Shown: positions 37,141 to 50,266, numbered from the stretch's first letter. The stretch: 61,472 nucleotides of DNA from Nemertoderma westbladi (GCA_032718475.1 JAUCBJ010006934.1:1-61472); one strand, 5' to 3'. Numbers and translations: made by a program. The notes: generated by a model from the letters alone, not told the origin.

Positions 37141-38157
37141 ACCGCCTCTGTAACCTGCTCGTTTCCTTCATATAGTAAAGTGACTGTTTATTGTTTTGGT
37201 TAGAAAATCCCGCCTCTGTAACCCACTCCTTTCCTTCAATTAGTTAAATGATCTTTTATTGTTTTGGTTAGAAAATCCCGCCTCTGTAACCTGCTCCTTT
37301 CCCTGATTTGGTAAAGTGACCGTTTATTGTTTTGGTTAGAAAGGCCCGCCTCTGTAACCTGCTCCTTTCCTTCATTTTGTAAAGCGACTGTTTATGGTTT
37401 TGGTTAGAAAATCCCGCCTCTGTAACCTGCCCCTTTCCCTCAATTAGTTAAATGATCTTTTATTGTTTTGGTTAGAAAATCCCGCCTCTGTAACCTGCTC
37501 CTTTCCTTCAATTAGTTAAGTGATCGTTTATTGTTTTGGTTTGAAAATCCCGCCTCTGTAACGTGCTCCTTTCCCTCAATTAGTTAAGTGATTGTTTATT
37601 GTTTGGTTAGGAAATCCCGCCTCTGTAACCTGCTCCTTTCTCTCAATTGGTAATGTTATCTTTTATTGTTTTGGTTAGAAAAGACCATCTATGTAACCTG
37701 CTCCTTTCCTTCATTAGGTAATGTTATCGTTTATTGTTTTGGTTAGAAAAAACCATCTATGTAACCTGTTCCTTTCCTTCATTTGGTAAAGTGATTGTTT
37801 ATTGTTTTGGTTAGAAAATCCCGCCTCTGTAACCTGCTCCTTTCCCTGATTTGGTAAAATGACCGTTTATTGTTTTGGTTAGAAAATCCCGCCTCTGTAA
37901 CCTGCTCCTTTCCCTGATTTGGTAAAATGACCATTTATTGTTTTGGTTAGAAAGGCTAGCCTCTGTAACCTGCTCCTTTCCTTCATTTGGTAAAGTGATT
38001 GTTTATTGTTTTGGTTAGAAAATCCCGCCTCTGTAACCTGCTCCTTTCCCTGATTTGGTAAGATGACCGTTTATTGTTTTGGTTAGAAAGGCTAGCCTCT
38101 GTAACCTGCTCCTTTCCTTCATTTGGTAAAGTGACTGTTTATTGTTTTGGTTAGAAG
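37141..38157. repeat. Satellite, 62-bp unit, ~16 copies
   Basis: Unit aaatcccgcctctgtaacctgctcctttccctcaattggtaaagtgaccgtttattgttttggttaga with variants. Confidence 0.95.
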
Positions 38158-38158
38158 A

Positions 38159-39252
38159 TGTCTGTGACCTTACCAAGGAATCTTGTGTCATTCAATGGGA
38201 ATATAATACTGGGTATTACAAAGGGGTAATTATAGAAATCATTGACGAGAGAACCAAAGAATATATCATATTCCCTTGTAAGTCATATTCATTAACAAAC
38301 CTTCAACCAGGTACTAAATATACAGCTAAATTAATTCCTGTCGGTGAAAATGATGTAAAAGGCAGAGCGGTAACACTTGAATTTATTACAAAGCCCGGTC
38401 AACCTGATAATTTTGAAATTATAGAAGTAGATGGAAAAGTGTTTGCAAAATGGAAAAAATCGACGTGGGCAGTTGTTGAATACATATTACAATACCGTTC
38501 TCAGGGGGAGTTGGAATGGAAAGCTATAAGCCCTGTACCTATTGCAACTAATGGATGTGAAACCAGAAATCTTGAAAGTTACTTTAATGTCTATGAAACT
38601 GTATATGAGGTTCGATTTGGGAATAGTAATGGAGATGAAATTGCCTATACAGATACAATTCGATTTGCACGAGAAATAAAGCGTCCTTATAACGCTGTGG
38701 TTGAGGAATACTCTAATGATGGTGGTATTACACAAAATGCTAAAATCATTTGGCAACAAGCGAAACCGACTGGCGAATCTTCACAAGTGAATAATACTGC
38801 AGAAATTTACTGCTTTACTACCAAAACAAAAGTAAAAAGTGTTGTTGATATTGAATGTAACCATGTCACATTCATAACAGCTCCCTCACACGTATACACT
38901 ATAAATATATGTGCATACAACAAGTTTCTTGATAAGTTTAGCAGAAACTTTCATTCAATTTATTGCAAAGCCACTAAAGCCATCCAATTTAACAATAGAG
39001 CACATGGAGTTCCCACAAGGTAAATTAGTTTTGAGATGGGAGAAACCAGAATGTGATGTTAGCTATTACAAAATATTCAAATCGGAGAGTCCATATAATA
39101 AGTTAATTCTAATAAAACAAACAACAAAGAAATATGCAGCGATTAATGTCTGCATATCAACAATGAGGCTATATGTACAATCAGGGATGTCATCATCTGT
39201 GATAGAAGGACTTGGAGACTCAGACAGTGATTTCACATTTATATCAGTCTAG
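38159..39252 (+). pseudogene. Partial paralog of the FN3 region (33809-34910), 5'-truncated and frameshifted
   Basis: VCDLTKESCVIQWEYNTGYY... nearly identical to 33809-34303, then diverged; frameshift near 38950. Confidence 0.85.
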
Positions 39253-40456
39253 ATAATATTCTATATGCGCTATGAATAATAACTATGTATAACTACTGTT
39301 TGCTTGTAAAAATAAAAGAATTCATTGTACATTGAATGCAGTATTTACGATGACTAACATATGTAGGCCTAGTATTACAGTATTACAAGTTAGTAGTTAT
39401 TATATTATACAAGGATATTATTATGGCGTTGGAAATGCTGAATTATTGAATTGGATACTCTTTGATGGGTAGTTTCTCTAAGTGTTAACTAATTTATGTA
39501 ATTAAGATATTAATTAAGAAATAGTTAATCAGTTTAATTAGTAAATGTGCCAAAAGCTAATAATTAAATTTTGCCTTTATGAGACACGTAATAAAATAAA
39601 TTTCCACTTCAAATAAAATGGGATTGAAATAAATTTGTAAACATTTGTAAATTAATAGATAGTTTAGTCCAATTAAATTTGGCTTACATATTTATTGTAT
39701 TTCGCATATTATTTTACTATTCAAGCGCAAGGTGATGCTCATTATCCAATAAGACCGGCATGTATTTTTTATTAATGGCGATAGAACCACTGCTCAAGGG
39801 TGCACGGTGGACAGGCTGCAAGAGCGTGTAGGTAGAGAAGGGGAATTTTATTAAGTTAATAATGTTTATATCTATTAATAAAAACAAATATCTTAAACGC
39901 AAAAACTGTAATATAATGGGGTTATGGGGATTCCAGTTATATAATTTCAAAGTGCAATTAATTTAGCTAGTTTAAATTCTACTTGGAAAATTTCTCAAAT
40001 TTTGCCAGACTACATGTGTACTTTTCTGAAAGATTTTCCCGCTGACAATTATTTGTCCTATTGGAAACGCTTCCAATGGCATTACAATGGTATTTCTTCC
40101 AATAAACTGCTTTTCATCGGATATAAATATTTATATTTCTTATAATAATAACTAATTTTATAAAATTACATATACATCAGTCATTTTCAGTAGACGCGTG
40201 ATGCGTTCAGTAGACATTAAACGAGAGCATTTCTCGTCTATTTGACTTGCCTCGCTTTGGCTAAGAGTATAGTGGGGCGAGACGCGAGCCTTGTTATACG
40301 ATTCATATTGGGCAAATGGTGCGTCCTTCCGTCCGTCTGTCTGTCTGGTAAATGTTTGAACGCGAATTTCTCGGCATCGCTGTCTCGGAATTAAACCAAA
40401 TTTAAAAGGTAAGTAGTAGATACTGACCTTGAGAGGAACGAAATTGCGATAACTAT

Positions 40457-40655
40457 GGAGAATCGGGAAGCCTTGAAGGATCTCATTTCCACAGTCCGAG
40501 CTCGCTCGACCTAGTAGTAGTAGTTGGAGAATCGGCAAGCCTTGAAGGATCTCATTTCCACAGTCCGAGCTCGCTCGACCTAGTAGTAGTTGGAGAATCG
40601 GGACGCCTGGAAGGATCTAATTTCCACTGTCCGAGTTCGCTCGACCTAGTAGTAG
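40457..40655. repeat. Three tandem ~65-bp units ending in (TAG)n
   Basis: tggagaatcgg..gccttgaaggatctcatttccacagtccgagctcgctcgacctagtagt three times. Confidence 0.85.
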
Positions 40656-40785
40656 TACAGTAGTAGTGTTATAGATTGTAATGTTATTTTACATTCATGC
40701 CCCATCACTACCTACCTACTATAAAACCGGCGCATAGTGGATCGCAGATCGGGTGGTATATGGTGGGCCTATGTCCCATTACCTA

Positions 40786-41140
40786 CTGTGGGGTGAGCCA
40801 GAAAGTGAGCGAAGCCTTAGCATATGGGTGCCATTGGAGAGTTGTCTGTCGTCGTCGTCATCGTCTGTCATCGTCGTCTGTCGTCGTCGTAAATTTTTGA
40901 TCGCTAATAACTCGGTTATTCCTTGATGAAATTAAACGAAACTTGGTACGTATGTAGTCCGGCAAAAGTTTAGAAAGAATCTGAAGTTTCGTCAAAAACG
41001 AACGAACGCAACGAGGCACAAGGGGAGGACGAGTATTGTGTTGAAGACTTCTGACTAACGGCAGACAACTCGTTAATGGTGCCCATATGCTAAAGGCTTT
41101 GCTCACTTCGTGCTGCGCGAAGACCCCACGAACTTGTATT
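40786..41140 (-). mobile_element. Copy of the HINE-like short repeat family
   Basis: Reverse complement of 20733-21035 plus a terminal hairpin-like end. Confidence 0.65.
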
Positions 41141-41440
41141 ACCTTGCGAATAGAGCTTTCTACATTGTCTACCATATCTTTGTCATCTGATAGTGTCAGT
41201 AATAATATGCCCAAGATATTTAATTGCCTCTTTTACTGGAATAATCATGTTACTGATTTTAAAATTAGGAAATACCCATTTTGACTGAGTACGCGATCGG
41301 ACTATTAGTGTTGCACTTTTTTCAGCATTAAATAACGACATCGAAACATCGATGCTGTTACCGAATGTAGTACATCTGTTCAACAAAAATTGCATACCTT
41401 TTGTAGATGGTAAAAATAGCACCAAATCATCGGTGTACGT
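41141..41440 (-). mobile_element. LINE RT fragment
   Basis: DDLVLFLPSTKGMQFLL..KYLGHII. Confidence 0.65.
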
Positions 41441-41616
41441 ACATGATATGATTACACGTTCGTGGGGTCTTCGCGCAGCATGAAGGGAGCAATGCCGTTA
41501 GCATATGGGTACCATTAACGAGTTGTCTGCCGTTAGTCAAAAGTCTTACCCACAATACTCGTCCTCCTCTTGTGCCTCGTTGCCTCTCCTCCAACCACCA
41601 CAGTGCTAATACAGTA

Positions 41617-41692
41617 CTACTAGGATCGGCAGGCTGCATTGCAGCTGCATTTTTAAGAATGCTGTGCCGGCTTATCGACAAAATATCACCGC
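41617..41692 (-). mobile_element. RTE tail inserted in the first satellite unit, 16-bp TSD
   Basis: cagtgctaatacagta at 41601-41616 and 41693-41708. Confidence 0.75.
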
Positions 41693-42368
41693 CAGTGCTA
41701 ATACAGTAGTACAGGATAAATGAACCTCTCTTCCAACCACCACAGTGCTAATACAGTAGTACAGGATAAATGAACCTCTCTTCCAACCACCACAGTGCTA
41801 ATACAGTAGTACAGGATAAATGAACCTCTCTTCCAACCACCACAGTGTTAATACAGTAGTACAGGATAAATGAACCTCTCTTCCAACCACCACAGTGTTA
41901 ATACAGTACTACAGGATAAATGAACCTCTCTTCCAACCACCACAATGCTAATACAGTAGTACAGCGGATAAATGAACCTCTCTTCCAACCATCACAGTGC
42001 TAATACAGTAGTACAGCGGATAAATGAACCTCTCTTCCAACCACCACAGTGTTAATACAGTAGTACAGGATAAATGAAACTCTCTTCCAACCACCACAGT
42101 GCTAATACAGTAGTACAGGATAAATGAACCTCTCTTCCAACCACCACAGTGCTAATAAAGTAGTACAGGATAAATGAACCTCTCTTCCAACCACCACAGT
42201 GTTAATACAGTACTACAGGATAAATGAACCTCTCTTCCAACCACCACAATGCTAATACAGTAGTACAGCGGATAAATGAACCTCTCTTCCAACCATCACA
42301 GAGCTAATACAGTAGTACAGCGGATAAATGAACCTCTCTTCCAACCACCACAGTGTTAATACAGTAGT
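41693..42368. repeat. Satellite, 50/52-bp unit, ~13 copies
   Basis: ccaaccaccacagtgctaatacagtagtacaggataaatgaacctctctt repeated. Confidence 0.95.
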
Positions 42369-45300
42369 TGTTCGCGCTTTCAGACCTTTGGCAGTTTAAC
42401 CCGCCAAATTAGGATGTCTTCTAGATAATAAATCGCTTTTAGCCTCTGACAAGTATTTGATTCACTACACTAGTTGAAACCAATCTGTGCGCGATCATTC
42501 ACCCGTTGGATATACCCGGGAGATTGATTTCGACAGCTTAATCGTATTGCTATGTAAGCCTAATGTATTATTCGACCGACAGTATTATATAATCTCTGAC
42601 AATATTATTCACCTTCGGGAAATATTAACAGTTCCTTTAGGACGTGGCGCTCTATCTATATAAACAGAGCTATGACTTAAACTACACGCAACGATATGGC
42701 TTAGTTACAATTCACATATATGGCGCATTCTTTAGGAAATGCTTCGTTATCAGTCTCACTCATACACAATGCTGCACAATACTGCACACTGATCTGCCGA
42801 TCTTCACTGATTTTAGTCACATATAAAAGGAACACGGACCGACTCATGTAGGGTCTATCAAATAACATTAGATTCACTTCAAACCACTTTAACATAAGTC
42901 ACAATCGTTATATGTAACCTTTCTCTCTTACCTTCGGTATATCAAGAATATTGGGTTTTCGGGGTTATTTCTCGTTATTCCAATATAATGTTTATCACCA
43001 TATAATGAATAATCGACAGTAAATAGCAGTATAACAATATAAAGGTATGTACAACAAGATATATGCATTGCCCAGTTGAGTTAGGTTAGTAGGTAAGTAT
43101 TGAGTTGCACAGTGATTCAGTGATAACGGATATATGTCCTTATAATTAAGCCTACTAGTGTTAGGCTAAAAGCAGAACAGCACAAAATATTCCAAAGCCG
43201 TTCTTCCTGGCTCAGGACAGAATGATCACACTGCCCATAAAGCATTGCGTGATTTCTAGGAAATTTCTGCACAAGAACAGTAAAAACGCTCTGATTGGTT
43301 GACTGAACTGAGAGATGCCGTAGAACAAAGAAAATCGACACGTATGAATATCAGCTGTTAACCGTCGTCATAGTAACTGCTGTTCAAGAGTATCTAGCCC
43401 CTTTTGCGTCACAGAATTGCCATAGAATCATCAACTATGCCTTCCACAGTACACATACGGAGGAAATAGCTCTTAGATCCTCTAAAAAACACCGATACAG
43501 CAATAATACGGTCTCTTACACCTATTAAATCAACTACAGAGTATTTTAATGGAAAAATAAGAAAAATAACGGGGCAATTCAGCAAAGGCTTTTACACCGC
43601 TCCCAGAAAATGGGATTTTCAGTCTATAAAATATAAAAATCACAGTTTCTAAAACATAAAGATACTCTAAACAGTTAGTTTTTCTTGCGCGGACGGCGTT
43701 CACGCAGTTTCCCGAGGCCAGCAAGAGTCCTTTTCTCTTTGGGGCGAGCCACTTTACTAGAAAGGCTATAACTCCTGGGTAAAGGGTGCAATACAATTGC
43801 ATTAGAAGGTTTGGGTTTACGGTCGGTGTCTCGTCCATTTCGATATGCTTCTCCTCGAGCTGATTTTCCTCCGCTTGTCATGGGATACGTTCATCCAAAA
43901 CTCTCGCAGAGAATAGGGTTTTCTAAGCTTGATATCTTCTTAGAGATTCGAGATTTCCCAATCGAACTGAGATAAGGCCAATTCGTTTATCGATTGGACT
44001 TACTGTTATAACTTACGTTTATCTGAACAAACGCAGGTCTCTTTTTTGATCTTTATAGAATAGCGTTTAACTCGTTTCGTACAACGATCTCCTTCACCTT
44101 GATGAAGGGTTGTATCGCGTTAAACGGGAACGACCATACGGTTGGATAGTGATATTAGGTGTCCGCGTCCCAATCCGGCTAGGTAAGATGGGCGGCTAGC
44201 TAGAAATCACTGTCGGAGTGTTACCGATTAATTGTTAGGGTAGCACTAGATCTTTGAACAGTGAATACAGTCCGCGAGGATCCGCGACACCACCAGGATC
44301 GCAGGTCTGAGGTCCAACTAAGGAATGAGGAGGTTTGACCGAGTATTCCGGGACTCTGATCGTAGGTTTACTCCAGGATCGTTCGAGCCGAGTGAGCATA
44401 GGTGATACGTCAAACAAGTTTCGCTCGAAACTCCAGTAAATATAACGAGCACAACTGTGTTTAACACAATGTTTCCGGGGATGTTTATGTCTTTCCGTTT
44501 ATTGGCTGGGTCTAGGGCATTTATCGTAATAATACCAAAGACGCACGTCTGGTAGGGGAAACGCGGATGATATTTATTTGTTGTTACAATGCTTCTATCA
44601 AGAATTCCAAATATATGTTGGAGTTACCGCGTTTATTTGTTTCTTTAATGTCTTTTCTTTCGAGTTGATTTCGAATAGGATTTTCGCATTAGAATTTTGG
44701 TTTATCGTTTCGACTCCTCTGGGTACGATATGTTCGACATAGTCCGTATCGTGTAAATCGATAGAATGTCCAGTAGTTAAGAGGTCCATATATGTACCAT
44801 TACGCAGCATCGCCGCGTATTAAGCTATCAACAAACGCTTGTAAAGGTAGAGTATATCTCCCTGATACCAAGATCATCTTCTATCAACTCAACCATATCT
44901 GCTATATGAGTTTATCCATATTATAATGAGTTTATATTTAGGCGAGCGGGCGTCGCTGCCTACCCCTCTCTGCCCCCGGACAGTGCGAGATCCTCAGCGC
45001 TGGTGTCCTTTCGCCGATGTGCCTATCGCCAACGTCGTAGCTGCACAACGACTACAACAACCAGCACGAGCCACTCCACCGTCCGTCCCAAAGGCTTAGA
45101 TATACTTCAGGTTCTTATTGGAGAGTTAGGGTTACTTTCACAATTGCAACTCGCTACTGTAAACACACCTTAGTAGTAACATTCGCCTATAAACTCACAA
45201 ATACCACACACACAACTTGTCACAAATTACACACACTCGGGCCATTTGTCCGTTAGTCAATGCCTTCCAGAATGTCACTGTATTATTATGTATCCTTGGA

Positions 45301-46530
45301 TACTAGCAGTGCGCTATTTATTCCCTATGCTATTCAATGGGACAAGCTTTCTATTGTTCTTTTAACTCAATTCTAATTCTAGCGTGGTTGTTGCCATGGT
45401 GACATTATGCAAAGCTAGCGGTAGAATTAGGGTAATTCCAATGCATACAGATCTGGGATGTTATTTAATAGTAATTCTTTAATGGTCAATGTCCTGTTTT
45501 ATACATGACTTTATGAATTTTATCGGCTATTGACTATGTTTGGGAGACTTTCGCACACTCATACGCATAATAAGATAAATCTCCGCTCCCTTGATCTATT
45601 AATTAATGGAATTTTGGGAATGTTATAAATTGCGTAAAAATGGCAATTTATTAAATTCATTAAAAGGCATGAATTTAAATTTATTCCCTGAAATTTTATT
45701 ATTTGATAATTAAATTGACATATTTTGATTCTAGAACATGTCTGGGGACACAAGATCCTTAATTCTATGACAATTGTCTTTTTAAGAATATCGGTAAATG
45801 CTACGATATCTTAATTGACTAGAATTGTTGAAGGATCTGAATTTTACAGATTTTGATTTATTAGATTTGCAAATATTAAATAATTAATATTTGAGATGGG
45901 CACCGATTTATTCCAGAACTTGTCTGGGGACGTTAACCACTGATTCTAGAATTTGTCTTTCAAGTATATCGGTGGGTGCCGCGATATCTTAATCGACTAG
46001 AATTACAGATGGTCAAAGGGTTTAACAGATTTATTTTGCGTTATACGCTACTGTTAAAGGGACATCACGCTACTATATGTATTATTTAATATACGGTATG
46101 AGAGCAATATCGCACGAAGCAATGTCAGTGTGAAGAGGCAAGTCGTTTCCAAGGTCTACCCAGAGCTTGGTTTAGCCGAGACACGAGGATCTGAACTTTG
46201 CATTCCTAATACTCTGCCTACCAATAATACTTGAATATAGTAGTGGCTTTATTGTACTTTAATAAGTACGGATATGTCATCTTACTGTAGTTACGTATTT
46301 ATAATATAATACGGACAGTAAGGAAAGAGGAAAAGAATTATTTCTTGCCGTCGCACTAAATATAATATAAGTAATTACGTACGCAATGAACACAAATATA
46401 TTGCACTATTCTACTAAATAATCGCTAAATAATATTCTACTAAATTAAATAAAACGATTATAATAAAATTACATAGTAATACATACAGAAATATAAAAAT
46501 AATAAAATAATATAAAATAATAGAGTCACA
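42369..46530 (-). repeat. Putative very long 3' LTR-like non-coding region of the Gag-only element
   Basis: Minus-strand PPT ggagtgggtg then TGTGAC at ~46530; TGT..ACA-compatible end at 42369; boundaries unconfirmed. Confidence 0.35.
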
Positions 46531-46548
46531 CACCCACTCCATATGTTG

Positions 46549-49500
46549 TTACGTTATGGAGTCCCTAGATGTTTGAAGGATTAGGGAGGTGGTCGTGGGA
46601 AGAGAATCTTGCCTTCCACAGTTTCCGGAGAGTCCTCCATTCCCTTCCGGTAAACACAAACGACCGACTGGGTGATTGAGTCGCTGCATCCCGAATACAA
46701 TTCCAGGTTTCCTCTTCGTCCTGGAATAGTGATGATAGAAACATCGCTCAAAGTATATGACGGCGTTACAAAGCCGATTCCAGGAGCTATAGTGGTCCGT
46801 CGCTCCCTGCAGGAGAGGTAAGAGTCCCTGCGAGACGTCTGATGTTCCAGAGCTCCAATCGCTCCCTCTGATCTTCATGAAGGATCCACTCGCGGTGGGG
46901 AGGTCCAGATCCACGGCGTCGTCCCTGGCAATATGTAATACCGACAGATTTATCCCGGGTTCAAATAACTCCGATCCACCCATCCGGGTTTTAGGTTTGA
47001 CTTTCTCCGCTCCCTTGGCTGGTCTAATCTCAGTCGGAGTAAGATGGGGAGGCCATTCATCCTCCTTACTCAGGAAGTCGGGTTCACCTAGCCGGTCTGG
47101 AGTATCTGTCAGTTCTTGAGGAGTTGCTCCTCTGGAAGCGATGTCGGCTATATTCATCGTCTTGGGGCAATATCTCCATTGATCTACATTGGAGTTAAGA
47201 TTGTCATTATCTGAGGAGTGTGGTGTTCCCTCAGTTGGGTCGTCTCCCTCACTAGTATCGTCTTCCCATTCACTCACCTGGCAGATGCGATCTTGAAGCA
47301 GTCTTTCTCTGAGCGTTCTTCGGGAAGGTCCAGTAAGGTACCAACCTACTCTAGTTCTTACCGCATAGGTCTGAAGTGGTTGCGGTTGAGCAGGTCGTTT
47401 CTCCAATGTCTCCAGCGCCTCATGCGCGTTTTGACCGATTAATATTTGTACTCCAGGATAATCGGTGTCGAATCTAGGGATGTTAAGTTGTTGGGCATGA
47501 TCATCTTCGTCCCAATTATAAGGTTCCACTTGGGTGGTAGCGAAGTTCTTTATTGCCACCATTTTGACTGACCTTATACTGTATTCTCCTAGTTTATCCT
47601 GTGGAGTGGACAACTCACCTATATAATAGTCGGCAACTACAGTAGAATTCCAAACCTGCATGATCCCTGACATGTTTAGCTTGGTTCGGAACTTGGGTTG
47701 TCCAGCAAAGATGACTTCGGCTAGTTCTTTATCGATGAATGTTCCTGTGCTACCGGAGTCCAGGAGGGCGTTCACTATATAGCTCTTCTGAGGTCCGTGG
47801 ACCCGTAACTGGACTACAGGAAATTCTCGGATTCCTATATTGGAAGTTGGCGCTTTCCAAGATGGTTGTCGATCAGAAGTAGTTAGAGTGAGGTCGCTGT
47901 CCGTATCTTTTTCATATATGAGTGCTCGATACACTGCGGTATTTATCATGTAACAGGATTCGTTTTCGTCGGAGAACTCGTCCGTATAGAATCCTTCCAT
48001 CTCAGATTGATCAGTGTCGTTCACATCACTGAATTGGACATGTAGTTGTTCGGACTCACTTACCTGACTCGGGCTGCTTCGTTCGAATTCAGTGTGCAAC
48101 AAGATATGATGTTTCGCACCACACTTTGCACACCTTATGTCAGAGTAGCAGGTTCGCCGTTGGTGTCCTTGTCTGAGGCAATTATAACATAACCGCTTAT
48201 CCCACATGACTTCTCGTCTCTCCGTTAATGATTTCTTCAGGAATTCATCACACATATTCAAATGGTGGGTCCCGTTACACAGCGCACATTTCGGTTTGAT
48301 GTTACTTACCTTATTTTGGGTAACATTGTGCACTCTCGTTCTTTCTTCGGGCTTTCTCACCTGAATTCTCTTGGGAGACGTAAGAGGAGTTTTTCTTACC
48401 TGTTCTCTCTTGTCATTGGATCGAGACTTAAATTTACTTCCCTGTTCGTTAGGTGTTTTATGGCCATCATAAGATCTTTCAGTGTCTTTCCCGCTGTCCT
48501 CTCCTTGAGAAGTCTGGCTTTCGCCATCGTCGGTATAACACACTGGTGTTACCTTTCTCCTGGAGACGGGTTTCTCACTTACCTTGTTTTCCGATGTCTT
48601 CTCTCTGGACTGCTTTATGAGCTGTAATTTCACTTCGCCATCCAATAATGTCATGAGATCAGTCATGGTAGGGTCTCGTTGTTGTTGTTCCATCATGTAT
48701 AACACTTTCTTGTCCCAGCGTGTACCTACTCCACCCTTCGGTAAAGTAGAAGCCACTGCTCTAATAACCATAGCACTCTGATACTCATGAGACTTACCTA
48801 GCCAATCTAATTGTCTGCAGATCTCCTGAATTTCATCGGAAAACTCTATAATCCCGCTGCTAATAAACTTTCGGGGCGCTACCAACTTTGCATACAAATA
48901 CCCAGCTATGTTATTCCTATTACCATACCTGATGTTTAGTGTGTCCCAAACTTGTCTTAATCCATCTGGATGTCCAATAAACTTTGACGCCATTAACTTG
49001 GGAGATCCTTCCAAGCACTCGATGAGGAATCTAAGTTTCTCTCCATTAGATAGCGCAGAGTTCTGTATGTTATCTTTGTAATATTCATTAAAAGGTAACC
49101 ATTTCATCTCATCTCCATTGAACTTGACGATCTCTCCAACCTTTACCGCTTGCCGGGCTTCGGTTCTAGCCATTTGTCGTGTAAAACTTTCTTGGGCCAT
49201 CGTGTTATTTAATATCGAGTTATCGGTATATAAATTTCTCGGATTATGATCAGGTCTATAGGGAATGTCATTATCAACAGGTTTATAATTACCCTTAATA
49301 GGGTTTACTATAGGAGTTTCTACTTCGCTAGCAGTATAGATGCGTGTAGGCTCCACACCTTGCGCATGGGATACTTCAGACCTAACGGGTTGACACATTG
49401 TTACAGGGGGTGGTGGTATACCCTTTTGTGTGTTCACTAATTTATCGCGTTCTAACGCGATACTTTGCTGCACCTTTTGCAACTCTAACCTACTTTCCCT

Positions 49501-50124
49501 TACTGTGCCCTTGAATTGCTGAACGGCCTCCTGCATCTGCCCGAGCAGGAGATCCATCCCCCGCCGTCTCTCATCCACCCATTCGACCGCCGAAGCGGGA
49601 GTCGCCAACGTTGTAGCGGGCGGACGAGGGACAACGGGCGACAAATCAGGAATATTTCGCTCGGGGTCCAGGACCTGAACTGCCTCATGGGCTGTTCTAC
49701 TGGGCACAGGTAGCTTAGTGCTGTGCAGAGGGAATTTAGAGGTAACTTCAGGGAGCACAGGTGTGTCTATCACCGAAGGGGTGATTTCAAGAACAGGCCT
49801 AATTATTTCAGGCTCATCTACTATAGTAGGGAGTCTTTCTATTTTAATTATTTGGTCTGTGGGTTCTGTACTACCTAAGTTGGTGTTATTTAGTTGCCTT
49901 CTAACAGCTGGAGGCAAATCAGGCAATTTCTGATGGTGGAATGTTCTTTTACGTCTGCTTAGACGAGATCTATTTCCTTTGCCTTCGGTATCGGTGGTAT
50001 CGCCTTCTTCAGATGATGTATATCCCTGTCTTTTGGGAGTAGATCGATTCATCATCTGCATATTACTAGCTGTTAACTGTTTATTTATGCAGTCTTGATT
50101 CTCCTGAATGTTTTCCAATTGCAC
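46549..50124 (-). CDS. BEL/Pao Gag-protease with in-frame deletion of RT/RH/IN (duplicate copy, 5'-truncated)
   Basis: KFNGDEMKWLPF, CYNCLRQGHQRRTC, LLDSGS, then directly QWRYCPKTMNIADIASRG (end of RNase H). Confidence 0.85.
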   Translation of the reverse strand: MQLENIQENQDCINKQLTASNMQMMNRSTPKRQGYTSSEEGDTTDTEGKGNRSRLSRRKRTFHHQKLPDLPPAVRRQLNNTNLGSTEPTDQIIKIERLPTIVDEPEIIRPVLEITPSVIDTPVLPEVTSKFPLHSTKLPVPSRTAHEAVQVLDPERNIPDLSPVVPRPPATTLATPASAVEWVDERRRGMDLLLGQMQEAVQQFKGTVRESRLELQKVQQSIALERDKLVNTQKGIPPPPVTMCQPVRSEVSHAQGVEPTRIYTASEVETPIVNPIKGNYKPVDNDIPYRPDHNPRNLYTDNSILNNTMAQESFTRQMARTEARQAVKVGEIVKFNGDEMKWLPFNEYYKDNIQNSALSNGEKLRFLIECLEGSPKLMASKFIGHPDGLRQVWDTLNIRYGNRNNIAGYLYAKLVAPRKFISSGIIEFSDEIQEICRQLDWLGKSHEYQSAMVIRAVASTLPKGGVGTRWDKKVLYMMEQQQRDPTMTDLMTLLDGEVKLQLIKQSREKTSENKVSEKPVSRRKVTPVCYTDDGESQTSQGEDSGKDTERSYDGHKTPNEQGSKFKSRSNDKREQVRKTPLTSPKRIQVRKPEERTRVHNVTQNKVSNIKPKCALCNGTHHLNMCDEFLKKSLTERREVMWDKRLCYNCLRQGHQRRTCYSDIRCAKCGAKHHILLHTEFERSSPSQVSESEQLHVQFSDVNDTDQSEMEGFYTDEFSDENESCYMINTAVYRALIYEKDTDSDLTLTTSDRQPSWKAPTSNIGIREFPVVQLRVHGPQKSYIVNALLDSGSTGTFIDKELAEVIFAGQPKFRTKLNMSGIMQVWNSTVVADYYIGELSTPQDKLGEYSIRSVKMVAIKNFATTQVEPYNWDEDDHAQQLNIPRFDTDYPGVQILIGQNAHEALETLEKRPAQPQPLQTYAVRTRVGWYLTGPSRRTLRERLLQDRICQVSEWEDDTSEGDDPTEGTPHSSDNDNLNSNVDQWRYCPKTMNIADIASRGATPQELTDTPDRLGEPDFLSKEDEWPPHLTPTEIRPAKGAEKVKPKTRMGGSELFEPGINLSVLHIARDDAVDLDLPTASGSFMKIRGSDWSSGTSDVSQGLLPLLQGATDHYSSWNRLCNAVIYFERCFYHHYSRTKRKPGIVFGMQRLNHPVGRLCLPEGNGGLSGNCGRQDSLPTTTSLILQTSRDSIT

Positions 50125-50266
50125 TATTCTACTAAATAATCGCTAAATAATATTCTACTAAATTAAATAAAACGATTATAATAAAATTACATAGTAATAC
50201 ATACAGAAATATAAAAATAATAAAATAATATAAAATAATAGAGTCACACACCCACTCCATATGTTG

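Noticed and set aside
37141-42368. 62-bp and 50-bp arrays as CRISPR
   Set aside because: Head-to-tail monomers without spacers.
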